Assembly (NCBI GenBank): GCA_965219435.1
Contig: OZ244743.1
Coordinates: forward strand, 1,289,903-1,353,902
Source: Methylophagaceae bacterium
GTDB taxonomy: Bacteria > Pseudomonadota > Gammaproteobacteria > Nitrosococcales > Methylophagaceae
Length of the DNA: 64,000 nucleotides
Direction: 5' to 3'
A program made the translations under genes and the position numbers. Each line of letters begins with the position of its first letter. Positions within the stretch are counted from its first letter, which is position 1. Of this stretch, positions 30,500 through 40,153 are shown in pieces. The notes under the pieces were generated by a model. It saw only the letters and a program-made list of their open reading frames with translations. It had not been told where the DNA came from and made no database searches.

Positions 30500-30834
30500 T
30501 CTTGAGTCACCCAGATTTTAGTAATATGTCCACGTTCTTCTGAAGCAGATTTCTCTATATTAAACATTATTTTTTGACCTTGTACTAAATCCGCTTCAAT
30601 TAAACTACCCATGCCATCCACAACGTAACTAACACCATCAATTACAATCACGGATTGTTCAACTTGATAATTATTAATTGTACCTGATAACCCAAATTTA
30701 GTGATGAGGGTATCGTTAGCTAAATCAGAATTGAGCTCAACTTGATTCGCTTCGTCGACGACAATCGTCATCGCCATATTAACCTGCGGTATCCCTAATA
30801 AAATCAATGAGGTAAGTAATACTATTTTTTTCAT
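30496..30834 (-). CDS. small secreted protein in the PilY2 position of the minor-pilin operon
   Basis: 112 aa from [23 protein letters not shown] (signal peptide). Starts 16 nt after the pilY1 stop and has an ATGA overlap with pilE. I recognise no family. Confidence 0.5.
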   Translation of the reverse strand: MKKIVLLTSLILLGIPQVNMAMTIVVDEANQVELNSDLANDTLITKFGLSGTINNYQVEQSVIVIDGVSYVVDGMGSLIEADLVQGQKIMFNIEKSASEERGHITKIWVTQE

Positions 30835-30850
30835 AAAAATAACCTTTATG

Positions 30851-33800
30851 TTAACGAATTTCTTCCCAAGATATACGGCCACTATAGGCCGTTTCCCGGC
30901 TTTCAGCGAGGCTATCTAATGTGCCTGTGCTACGTGTATCAATTTTGAGTTCTTGATCTGGAGTGCCTGGAACTCTTATTACTACTGGTGTTGACATCAT
31001 GCCCCCATTACCTGAACGGTAGCCGCTGACAGGGATATTTATCTCTACTTCTTCGCCATCAATTGTTACTGTGACCGTTTGGAAGTCAAGGGTGTTAATT
31101 ACGCCATCACGATTAATATCAAATGGTGAAATATCAAAGCGTCCGCCAGTTAAATAATCTAGCTCCATTAACCAGCTATCTCCACCCGCAGTGCACGCTG
31201 CCGTTGAAGGAGTTCGGGTTACAAATACAAATCTACCGTCACGAATCACAGGATTTACATCGACACGTTCCCCTGTTTCAGGCAAGTCCATGAACCAACC
31301 CTTTTGGGAAGGGTATGTGACTGCATTTTGACTGGTAATACGATATTTGTTAGTGACGGCTGGACTTATACTCGAATCCTCAATTGATACATCAATGAGA
31401 ACAGTTTGCGCTACTAAGTCTGACCTACCACTTATATTTTCATCGATATCTCTTATGCCATAAAACGTTTGAGTATCTGTTGATGATAGATCGGTTATTT
31501 CCATATATTTACCGGTACCAAAACCAATCATATAACCACCATTGGGGTGGCGAGTAACGAGGGGGGCCGTTGTGATAGATTGTCTGTTATTGCTATTATC
31601 TTTCGCAGTAAATAAGGGTTTGCTATCTGATATTGGATTTTCCCAATTAGTAGTATCGTTGCTTGAAACATCAAATTTCCAGATATTTCCTTCAAGATCA
31701 CCGGCATAGATACTGTCGATATCACCATCACCATCAGTGTCGATAGGTGTTGGTGTTGCCAAGCCATTTGGCGTTGTAGTGCTTCCTTCTCCTGTATCAA
31801 GTTTTATATAATCAGAGCCCAACGTCCACGTACCATCAATGCCATCTTCAATAAATAAAATGTATAAATAAGCGTGCCCGGTTGAGCTGGCATTTCCATC
31901 TATTTCAGTATTGTTATAACCATTTCCTAGAATAACAGCCCATTTACCATTGGCCATTTTAGCAATTTGAGCTGATTGGCCTGTTAGTTGGTTATTAACA
32001 GGATCAATGTAGGTGTAACCGAGATCAACATCATCTTCATCACTAAATTCCCACAATACAGTATTGCTTGCCGCTGTATTTCCTTCAGAAAATAACGATG
32101 GGTTAGTTACGTCGAGTGCATAGATGCCTTGCCCACCCGCATTAAGACCGCCCGCTAGTATTGTTTTCCAGCCGTTTACATTAGCATCAGCAACCATCGG
32201 GGACCCATTCACATAATAGCGATGTTGTAATGTTGATGTGCCATAGCCTATTGCAGTTAAACGACTTAGTTGTGGATATACTTCACGTGGAATATAAGCC
32301 AGTTTTTCCTCTCCAGTAAGAGCATCAAATCCATGCAACATGCCATCATTAGCACCACTATAAATCATTGCTGTTCTTGATGCGTTACTTGTTCTAAAAG
32401 CTGAATAGCCTGACGTTTCTGAGTCACTGTAGCCTGCTGCAGGTGCACCAACATAATAAGGTGTGGAATGAACAATATCACCAAGTTTACCGACTCTATC
32501 TTGTCTGAAATTTGCTGCAGAAGCTCCGCCAGTACCACCTCGAATAAAATCGACACGGTCAGAGCCTAACATATCTGCTGTACTTGTTATTGCATTGGTA
32601 TTTAGAGCATCTTTAGCAGTAGTATTTGTAAGGGCGTTAATGTTTGACCATCTAAATGGAATACCATCATGTGTATCACGACCATATGTCAAAATAACGC
32701 GATTATTGGCTGATTTAGCACTAAGTTGTTCGCCCGCATCCCACGCAGGAGTATTGTTGATTACACCTGCTAAGCTAATTGACTTGGCTAGTAATTGACC
32801 ACTCCAGTCACCGCTATTAAAACGTGCCTGATAAATAAAACTATTGGTTGATAAAGAGGCTGAGTTTGTTGCTGCCGATGAAGATGCGCCTGTTTTAGCA
32901 AGAATATCAGAGAATATAGTGTCAAATGTGGCTTGAAGGGAGGCGGGATCATTCGCCAAATAACTGCTGTTGGTTCCGCCTGCGACTGCAATTTGATCCA
33001 GTGCGGTTGGGTCGGTGCCGACAGGTAGAGCAAACCCAACAATGTAACTTTCGACTCCCTCAGTCTTAAGGAGGCCTGCTGCTGCTGCGACATCAGCCAA
33101 TGCTGTGACAGGATTAGTGGTTACAACTCCGATAGAGTTCGTTGATGGTAAGCCATCTGTCAATAAAGTAACAAAGTCTTTACCACAAGATTCAGGTAAT
33201 GTGGGAGCTGGCCCGCCTTGATTAGCGGGGATCGTCGAACCTGAAAAATAATTTTTTGCAGTTTCTAATGTGCCTTCTAGAGGGGTAAGACCTGCGTTTT
33301 GTAGCGGCCATTGTGGGTTCGTTGGGCGATTACTTGTAAACTGAGATACGGCTACCTTTTTACGGAGTGCTGTTGCTTGATTTGCATCAAGTAGTGCAAC
33401 CGGAGTATGGAGGTAACCTTTACCGGGTGAAGTATTTGCAAACCATGTCAGACTGACTCGATCCCACGTTATAAAACGTCCAAAGTCTAGAATGTTTTGG
33501 GCTAAATCACTATCCGTTGGATAAAACCCTCCTCCAAAATCATAGGAAGTAAATCCAGCTGCTCTTTCACTCCAGCCATTATTCCATGCAGGTAGAGTAT
33601 CTGTGGCCGTCGTTTTATTTCTAAAACAACGGTAATCATCCCATGGACCACCTGGGTAAGATTCTGAACCATTGTCAAAATCTGCCGTTACAGAGTAACA
33701 ATAGCTACTTCCTTGGTTCGAACCTGCATAAAAAGGTAAAGCAACATTATAGTATATAAAACTACCGGCATTAGAAAGGTTAGGTACTCGGAAGCGTTTC

Positions 33801-34201
33801 GTTGATGAGTCACGATCGCCTGTAAAAGCGGGGTCGTAATTCGCTGGATCAAAACTGACATCATACGGGGCGTTATGAAGGTGTTGTAATACAACGCCGG
33901 TTTGTTGATATGCCATCAAGCCCATATTAATTTTACCAGTATAGGTAGTGATTAAATTGTTGACGGCATTTCGGGCAATTTCTGACTTACTGTCAGCGCT
34001 AGCACCCCCAACAGCTGAACCATTTGAGTTTTCATCCATACTATTTGAATTATCGAGAATAACCAATACATTGGCTGGTTCTGCATTGGATACAAACAAC
34101 GGCGCATAATGCAAGTCAAGCGGTGCTGATTGAGCTGCCAGAGAAGCCAATAAATAAAGTGATATAAGCGTTAATGGTGCTTGAAAGTGCTGGTGTTTCA
34201 T
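30851..34201 (-). CDS. pilY1: type IV pilus tip-associated adhesin PilY1 with N-terminal vWA domain
   Basis: 1116 aa from MKHQHF (aggag 7 nt upstream). Signal peptide present. vWA MIDAS motif VLVILDNSNSMDE. The C-terminal propeller region carries Ca-binding loops DTDGDGDIDSIYAGD (DxDxDGxxD) and DINRDGVINTLD (EF-hand-like). Confidence 0.9.
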   Translation of the reverse strand: MKHQHFQAPLTLISLYLLASLAAQSAPLDLHYAPLFVSNAEPANVLVILDNSNSMDENSNGSAVGGASADSKSEIARNAVNNLITTYTGKINMGLMAYQQTGVVLQHLHNAPYDVSFDPANYDPAFTGDRDSSTKRFRVPNLSNAGSFIYYNVALPFYAGSNQGSSYCYSVTADFDNGSESYPGGPWDDYRCFRNKTTATDTLPAWNNGWSERAAGFTSYDFGGGFYPTDSDLAQNILDFGRFITWDRVSLTWFANTSPGKGYLHTPVALLDANQATALRKKVAVSQFTSNRPTNPQWPLQNAGLTPLEGTLETAKNYFSGSTIPANQGGPAPTLPESCGKDFVTLLTDGLPSTNSIGVVTTNPVTALADVAAAAGLLKTEGVESYIVGFALPVGTDPTALDQIAVAGGTNSSYLANDPASLQATFDTIFSDILAKTGASSSAATNSASLSTNSFIYQARFNSGDWSGQLLAKSISLAGVINNTPAWDAGEQLSAKSANNRVILTYGRDTHDGIPFRWSNINALTNTTAKDALNTNAITSTADMLGSDRVDFIRGGTGGASAANFRQDRVGKLGDIVHSTPYYVGAPAAGYSDSETSGYSAFRTSNASRTAMIYSGANDGMLHGFDALTGEEKLAYIPREVYPQLSRLTAIGYGTSTLQHRYYVNGSPMVADANVNGWKTILAGGLNAGGQGIYALDVTNPSLFSEGNTAASNTVLWEFSDEDDVDLGYTYIDPVNNQLTGQSAQIAKMANGKWAVILGNGYNNTEIDGNASSTGHAYLYILFIEDGIDGTWTLGSDYIKLDTGEGSTTTPNGLATPTPIDTDGDGDIDSIYAGDLEGNIWKFDVSSNDTTNWENPISDSKPLFTAKDNSNNRQSITTAPLVTRHPNGGYMIGFGTGKYMEITDLSSTDTQTFYGIRDIDENISGRSDLVAQTVLIDVSIEDSSISPAVTNKYRITSQNAVTYPSQKGWFMDLPETGERVDVNPVIRDGRFVFVTRTPSTAACTAGGDSWLMELDYLTGGRFDISPFDINRDGVINTLDFQTVTVTIDGEEVEINIPVSGYRSGNGGMMSTPVVIRVPGTPDQELKIDTRSTGTLDSLAESRETAYSGRISWEEIR

Positions 34202-34244
34202 TTTCTTTCTCCTGCCCGACATTTGTTCTTAGTAGTGTGATTTT

Positions 34245-34757
34245 TTAAGGAGCATAAACCGATTGCAGTATGGATTGAGTTGTATCAAGTCCGCCTTGAG
34301 CGAGTGCTGTGACGGTGTACACATATTTCCAGCTTGCAGCGCCGGCTGGAAAGAATTTTTTTCCAACAATTAGATAGCGAGGTTGAAAACTAAGGCCCCC
34401 AATATTGCTTGCTGATGTATATGTACCATAACTTACTGCATTGGCGACAAGGGCTGCTTCATCCCAGATTTTTGATTGACCCGCTGGTCCCACATAACAT
34501 AAACCTAAAGTGCAGGTGCTTGTCATACCGGTTAATCCTGACACTCTAGTGGACTTGATATCATTCTCTGCATCACGCAAAGCTGCTTCGGCTGCTTGGA
34601 AAGCAACGTTCATATCTTTATTGTTACCTGCCATTTTTTCTTCTAACCCTGTTACCTGCATGGCTGTTACGCCAATCAGTGTCATGAGTAGCAACATGAT
34701 TAAGCTGATGACTAATATGACACCTGACTGTGGGGTTTTATAAGTACAATTAATCAT
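34245..34757 (-). CDS. pilX: type IV pilus minor pilin PilX
   Basis: 170 aa. The N-terminal QSGVILVISLIMLLLMTLIGVTAMQ is typical of PilX. Operon position also fits. Confidence 0.8.
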   Translation of the reverse strand: MINCTYKTPQSGVILVISLIMLLLMTLIGVTAMQVTGLEEKMAGNNKDMNVAFQAAEAALRDAENDIKSTRVSGLTGMTSTCTLGLCYVGPAGQSKIWDEAALVANAVSYGTYTSASNIGGLSFQPRYLIVGKKFFPAGAASWKYVYTVTALAQGGLDTTQSILQSVYAP

Positions 34758-34775
34758 GGGAAGTAAGAACCTTAT

Positions 34776-35822
34776 TTAAGGTAGTCGGTTGCGTAGTGCA
34801 ATAGTGGTCGTGAATACCCGGCGAATTCGATGATCAGTCGGAGTGGTAGAGTTGCCAAAAATAGTATAAGGAACAGCCACTGTTGCCAAATTATCATCTA
34901 TTGTTGTGGCTAATAGGCTTATTCTGATGCTTACTACATTATCCATATTTAAAGCAGAAGAGTTAGCTGAAACATAATAGTTTGGGGTGTGATCATTATC
35001 GGTATCTTCGCCATAAAGAACCTGCATATCTTCAATGCCTTCGACAAGCTCTTCAGCGGAGCTGACTCCATCTTTACGGTAAAGAGAATGGATTCCTGAT
35101 GGGTTTGTACGGATGTAATAAGTTCTGCTGATAAGCTTAAATAACTCGCCTTTTCCTGCATAACACGCCCCAAGATCTGTTGAGGCATTTCCCGGGGCAG
35201 GGTTAACCCCTTCTGCGTGAATCACTTCACTGCCGGAACTCAGTTGACTAATTTGGAAAATTACAGCGTTATCGCAGTTAGCCGCAATTACAATATCATC
35301 GCTAGCGAATGATGCTGTATTTGAAATCTTAAGATTTGCCGTCTGAGCAACTACGGCTTTAACATCGGTATCACAATCTGTGGAATTAGTAGGTTGTCCA
35401 GTAATGTCAACACCTTGACCTAAAACTCCCCTAACCGTTAGCACATCATGGCCGGTTAATGGGGCTGTGATACTTGCATCTAACGCAGGGCTCCATGTAT
35501 CAGCTCCTGTAGACTCGAAGCCTTGTATTGCCGAAGAAAAATTGTAGTTAAATGAGGAGGTGTCATTTAATGTGTTAGTAAGAATTCTAGTTGATGCCAC
35601 GCAGCCCATGTTTCCAGCCATACGAATATCATGATTCAGAAAGCTAATAGCAAATCGAGCATTTTCCTGTAAGCGAGAAAGATTTTCTTGCACTCGATAA
35701 CTCTGTTTAGAATTGATAAATAACTGGATTATGCTACCTGTAATAAAGACACCTAAGGTAACGGCAATCATTAATTCAACAAGAGTGAGGCCTTTTTGCT
35801 TACTTACTAGATGATGACTCAT
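34776..35822 (-). CDS. pilW: type IV pilus minor pilin PilW
   Basis: KQKG/LTLVELMIAVTLGVFI prepilin N-terminus. 348 aa. 4-nt overlap with pilV. Confidence 0.85.
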   Translation of the reverse strand: MSHHLVSKQKGLTLVELMIAVTLGVFITGSIIQLFINSKQSYRVQENLSRLQENARFAISFLNHDIRMAGNMGCVASTRILTNTLNDTSSFNYNFSSAIQGFESTGADTWSPALDASITAPLTGHDVLTVRGVLGQGVDITGQPTNSTDCDTDVKAVVAQTANLKISNTASFASDDIVIAANCDNAVIFQISQLSSGSEVIHAEGVNPAPGNASTDLGACYAGKGELFKLISRTYYIRTNPSGIHSLYRKDGVSSAEELVEGIEDMQVLYGEDTDNDHTPNYYVSANSSALNMDNVVSIRISLLATTIDDNLATVAVPYTIFGNSTTPTDHRIRRVFTTTIALRNRLP

Positions 35823-36304
35823 GGTTGCACACTCAGCTGAAAATTAGGGTCATCAGTGTTCACATTACCATCACGATTGTCATCCCAATTTATACTGATT
35901 GTATAAACGGCACCTGAAGCAGAAATTGAACCGGTACCCGCTGGTAAAGCATCAGTAATGCCTAAATTCCACTCATATAAATCACGACCAGCCATATCAG
36001 TAGCATTGCAGCCAGGTGGAGACGTGCAGGAACTATAAGCATTGGAGGCCTCATTTGAGTCAGCAATTACATAGATACTTGCATTTGTGTTTATGGCTCC
36101 TAAATTACTACGCATTCGATCAGCAATATCATAGGCTAATTGTGTTGCTTGGCTACGATTATAAGCACTGTGGTTCATATTAAGCCCAGTGGATTGTAAG
36201 CCTGCGAGCCCCAATAATCCGATGGCGAGAATGACCAAGGCGATTAATACTTCAAGTAAGGTAAAACCGTTTTGTTTTACTAATGTCGCAATAGTCATGG
36301 ACAT
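35819..36304 (-). CDS. pilV: type IV pilus minor pilin PilV
   Basis: QNG/FTLLEVLIALVILAIGLLGLAGLQ is the PilV-type N-terminus. 161 aa. Confidence 0.85.
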   Translation of the reverse strand: MSMTIATLVKQNGFTLLEVLIALVILAIGLLGLAGLQSTGLNMNHSAYNRSQATQLAYDIADRMRSNLGAINTNASIYVIADSNEASNAYSSCTSPPGCNATDMAGRDLYEWNLGITDALPAGTGSISASGAVYTISINWDDNRDGNVNTDDPNFQLSVQP

Positions 36305-36849
36305 GATGCCGTTGTAGTTTGAGTTCTTACCCTTCCAGTCCGGTTTACGATAATGGCTTTTGATGTTGTTGTGTCAGCTAAATCATCACAGAGTCTGAAA
36401 GTATCATTAGTTAAACCAATCGATGCGGGCATACCATTCGCTAGATAAGCCATCCACTCAGCATAGTTTGTCGTACGAAGGGTGTAACCATTGCTGAGAA
36501 ATGAAGTGGTTTTTATAAGGCAGTCCTCACCTGTTTCACATAAGTTGGTATCACCATCATCATTAAAGGAGCCATCAGCATTGACATCTGCGAATATATC
36601 CCAGCCACCTTCCCAGACGTTATCAGTCGTCCCTTTATGCCTGATAGAAACTTGCAAGCCTCTTTTGATGGCCTCACTTTTCGCTAAATGTAGTGTTGCT
36701 ATCAACTGGTTAGCATTAGTGACGGTTCTACTGTTTCTGATAGTCGTTTGAAAACTCGGTACAGAAAGGCTAAGTAGGATCGCTGCGACGACTAATGTAA
36801 TCATAAGCTCAATGAGGGTAAATCCTTGTAATTTTTGAATATTAACCAT
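36295..36849 (-). CDS. fimU: GspH/FimT-family minor pilin FimU
   Basis: Start placed at MVNIQKLQG/FTLIELMITLVVAAILL, which gives a 9-aa leader with gaagg upstream. The ORF is open to 36873. It is the first gene of the operon. Confidence 0.8.
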   Translation of the reverse strand: MVNIQKLQGFTLIELMITLVVAAILLSLSVPSFQTTIRNSRTVTNANQLIATLHLAKSEAIKRGLQVSIRHKGTTDNVWEGGWDIFADVNADGSFNDDGDTNLCETGEDCLIKTTSFLSNGYTLRTTNYAEWMAYLANGMPASIGLTNDTFRLCDDLADTTTSKAIIVNRTGRVRTQTTTASCP

Positions 36850-36989
36850 TTTCAAAACCTTCTTGCTATCCATAGCTTAGTAGCATAGCCCCTTCATATT
36901 ACTAAAGTAAAGAGCTAGTACGAACGAAGTTGATACTCCGTTCACTTTACTAGAAAATTAAAAAATAGACTAATTTTTAACAACAACAT

Positions 36990-37928
36990 TTATGATTCAA
37001 GAGGAATACCGAAACTTTGTTCGAAACGAATAGCAAATTCCTCCATAGTAAAATGATGGTTTTGTGTGCCATGTTGTTCGATTTTTATTGCGCCCAGCAA
37101 CGATGCAATTCTGCCTGTTATTTCCCAATCCTTTCTGTGCATTATGCCGTGAATTAAACCAGCACGATATGCATCACCACAGCCAGTAGGATCCGCCAAT
37201 TTTTCTGTTTTTGCCGATGGAATAGAAATGCATTTTCCACCGGTATAAATTAATGAGCCTTCTCCCCCGCGGGTGATAATCAATGCTTCAACGTGTTCAG
37301 CAATTTCGTGAGGTGATAAACCTGTACGATCTTGAAATAATTGAGCCTCATAATCATTTAATGTGATGTAGCTTGCTTGTTTTGTGAAGTGTAATAGTTC
37401 TTCACCACCGAACATTGGTAAGCCTTGGCCTGGATCAAAAATAAAGGGAATACCGGCTTCCTGTAATTGCTGGGCGTGCTGAATCATGCCGTCGCGACCA
37501 TCTGGAGATACGATGGCTAAGGTAATATCTTTTGCTTCATTGATAGGCGTTTCATGAGCTAAATTCATCGCGCCAGGATGGAATGCGGTGATTTGATTAT
37601 CGTTGATATCGGTAGTGATGAACGCTTGGGCTGTGTAACTGCCTTTTTTTATGTGAACATGGCGACGACTTATTTGGTGTTGATCCATCCATGTAGCATA
37701 ACTTGAAAAGTCACTTCCTACGGTGCCCATTGGCACAGGCTCATCACCTAAAAGCTTTAGATTGTATGCTATATTCCCCGCGCACCCCCCAAATTCACGT
37801 CGTAATTCTGGAACTAAAAATGCAACGTTTAGCATATGCACCTTGTCTGGCATGATGTGGTTTTGGAATTTATCAGGAAACACCATGATGGTGTCAAAAG
37901 CGAATGAGCCACAAATGAGTGCTGACAT
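36990..37928 (-). CDS. PfkB-family kinase, adenosine kinase-like
   Basis: 312 aa. GSFAFDTIMVFPDKF...LNVAFLV...EFGGCAGNIAYNL resembles the mycobacterial AdoK-type N-terminus. DPTGCGDAYRAG is the PfkB anion-hole motif. Confidence 0.8.
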   Translation of the reverse strand: MSALICGSFAFDTIMVFPDKFQNHIMPDKVHMLNVAFLVPELRREFGGCAGNIAYNLKLLGDEPVPMGTVGSDFSSYATWMDQHQISRRHVHIKKGSYTAQAFITTDINDNQITAFHPGAMNLAHETPINEAKDITLAIVSPDGRDGMIQHAQQLQEAGIPFIFDPGQGLPMFGGEELLHFTKQASYITLNDYEAQLFQDRTGLSPHEIAEHVEALIITRGGEGSLIYTGGKCISIPSAKTEKLADPTGCGDAYRAGLIHGIMHRKDWEITGRIASLLGAIKIEQHGTQNHHFTMEEFAIRFEQSFGIPLES

Positions 37929-38086
37929 AAGGTTATCCTTCAGGTTTAGTTGATAATATTAATAGTTTGGTATTTTATCCTGCAGCTTGTCTTTCGAACT
38001 TTGGCTCTATTAAGCTTAAGCTAGCGTGGCGGGCTAAAGTCCAACCTAGTTAAATGTTATCTAGAGAGTGAATTGCTTTATACAAA

Positions 38087-39232
38087 CTATTCATGGGTGT
38101 TTAATTGATGTCCATCGGCAGTAATTGATAGCTTTCCGTTAATGAACGCTTTTAAATGATGGCCTACAAGTTCATTTCGCCAACCTTGTAATATAGGGAT
38201 TTCTGTCTCACCTGCCACCATGCGTTCAATATCTTTACGTGAGGCTACGGCTATTGGGGCAATTTCTTGTTCAATACAATATTTTCTAAGCAAAGAGATA
38301 ACTGCATCAACAATCGAGTCTTGTTGAGGAGTAAGCGGATCAGTCTTTTTAATAGTAGGCCATTGTTCTTTTGGTAGTGCTTTCGCCAAAGCTATTTCTG
38401 TCAGCAGATCCTTGCCATAGCGATTTATTGTATTGGGTTCTAAGCCACGAATTAGACTAAATTTATCAAACGATTCAGGTGCTAGTTTAGCTAAGTCGAG
38501 TAATACGTCATCTTTTAATATCCAGCGACGAGGGCGATTTGATGAAATAGCTCGTTGTTCACGCCATGCAGCTAAATGCAGTAATATTGCTAGTTGAACT
38601 CCTTTTAGGCGGCCAAAACCTTTTACTTTTCTCCACATTGTTTCAGGTTTTATTCGATAAGTATCGATGTCCGTTAAAATTGATAAGTCATCATCGAGCC
38701 AATGCGTACGCTGTTTATCTGCCAACTGTTGCCGAAGTAATTTGTAAACATCACGCAAGTAGCGAACATCATCAGCAGCATACTCGATTTGCGCAGGATC
38801 CAAGGGTCGTTTAGTCCAGTCAGTGCGAGAATGTGCTTTATCTAACTCTACATTGATACAGAGTTTGACTAGATTGCCATAACCAATTTGATCACCATAG
38901 CCTAAAATAGTAGCGGCTAATTGGGTATCAAACACATTAGTTGGAAGTTCATTACGAATCAGATAAAGTAATTCTAGGTCTTGTCTTGCGGCATGAAAGA
39001 CAACCGTGATTAAAGGATTGTAAATAAGATCTAAAATCGGTGTTAAATCATTTATTGCAATGGGATCGATGCAAGCAATTGCATCTTCTGTGGCGACTTG
39101 AATCAGACATAATTGTGGGGAATAGGTTTTTTCACGCAAGAATTCGGTGTCAACCGTCATCCATGTGGTGTGGGCGATCTGCTGACAGAAAGTATTAAGT
39201 TCGGTGGCGGTATCGATGTAATGAACGGTCAT
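38087..39232 (-). CDS. rnd: ribonuclease D
   Basis: 381 aa. DEDD exonuclease motifs (VDTEF, HAARQDLE, YAADDVRYL) followed by an HRDC-type C-terminal region. Confidence 0.9.
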   Translation of the reverse strand: MTVHYIDTATELNTFCQQIAHTTWMTVDTEFLREKTYSPQLCLIQVATEDAIACIDPIAINDLTPILDLIYNPLITVVFHAARQDLELLYLIRNELPTNVFDTQLAATILGYGDQIGYGNLVKLCINVELDKAHSRTDWTKRPLDPAQIEYAADDVRYLRDVYKLLRQQLADKQRTHWLDDDLSILTDIDTYRIKPETMWRKVKGFGRLKGVQLAILLHLAAWREQRAISSNRPRRWILKDDVLLDLAKLAPESFDKFSLIRGLEPNTINRYGKDLLTEIALAKALPKEQWPTIKKTDPLTPQQDSIVDAVISLLRKYCIEQEIAPIAVASRKDIERMVAGETEIPILQGWRNELVGHHLKAFINGKLSITADGHQLNTHE

Positions 39233-39321
39233 TTTTATGAGAATCTTGCTTAATAGAAAAGGTACAGTATAACGGCTTTACTCAATGCTGCTCTTTGATA
39301 GAAAAATATCAGTCAACAATC

Positions 39322-39558
39322 CTACTCGGTGAGCTTTTTTTGTATATCACGCTGCTCAAATGGCCAACCGATATCAGTATTATCAGGAAACTTTACTACC
39401 GGGATGCGAATGCCATAACGTTCAACAAGTTCATCATTATCACCAATTTCAGTAGAAATTATGTTGAGGGGATATTGCTTAGCTAATGTCTGCAATATGA
39501 GATCAGCGAGTTCACAGAGGTGGCAGCCAGCAGTAGTATATAAAATGAGTGTGATCAT
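39322..39558 (-). CDS. glutaredoxin-like protein (DUF836-type)
   Basis: 78 aa. LYTTAGCHLCE supplies the CxxC motif, and IPVV the cis-Pro region. 4-nt overlap with moaB. Confidence 0.7.
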   Translation of the reverse strand: MITLILYTTAGCHLCELADLILQTLAKQYPLNIISTEIGDNDELVERYGIRIPVVKFPDNTDIGWPFEQRDIQKKLTE

Positions 39559-40070
39559 TTTTCTAATAAACGTGGCATTAGATCGATAAAATTACAGGGC
39601 CGATGGCGTGCATCAAATTGTTCTTTAAGTATCGCGTTCCAAGCGGTTTTACATGCACCGCTAGAACCCGGTAGGCAGAAAATAAAAGTGCCATTAGCCA
39701 CACCGCCAATAGCGCGAGATTGAATCGTAGATGTTTTAATGTCTTGGTATGAAATCTGGCGAAATAACTCACCAAATCCAGCGATCTCCTTATCCAGTAA
39801 TACTTGGACAGCTTCAGGCGTGCCATCTCGACCTGTTAGACCGGTGCCGCCAGTAGTAATAACCGCTTGAACATCAGGATCGGCAATCCACTGTGAAATG
39901 ATGGCTCTGATTTGGTAGGTATCATCAGGCACTATCTTTTGTGCGGCAAGTTGATGCCCGGCATTTAATATGCCTTCTCTGAGAACTTTACCTGATGTGT
40001 CGCTATCACAATTGCGCGTATCGGAAACTGTTAGTAAGGCAATATTGACGGGAATGAAGCTACGTTCCAT
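39555..40070 (-). CDS. moaB: molybdenum cofactor biosynthesis protein B (MoaB/MogA fold)
   Basis: 171 aa. TVSDTR, TTGGTGLTGRD and LPGSSGA. Confidence 0.85.
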   Translation of the reverse strand: MERSFIPVNIALLTVSDTRNCDSDTSGKVLREGILNAGHQLAAQKIVPDDTYQIRAIISQWIADPDVQAVITTGGTGLTGRDGTPEAVQVLLDKEIAGFGELFRQISYQDIKTSTIQSRAIGGVANGTFIFCLPGSSGACKTAWNAILKEQFDARHRPCNFIDLMPRLLEK

Positions 40071-40153
40071 AAGATTTAACTCTGCATTATAATTAGGTCG
40101 CAGTATAATCTGGCGATGTCTTATGGTCTATGTATTTAACAAGGAAGATATTA

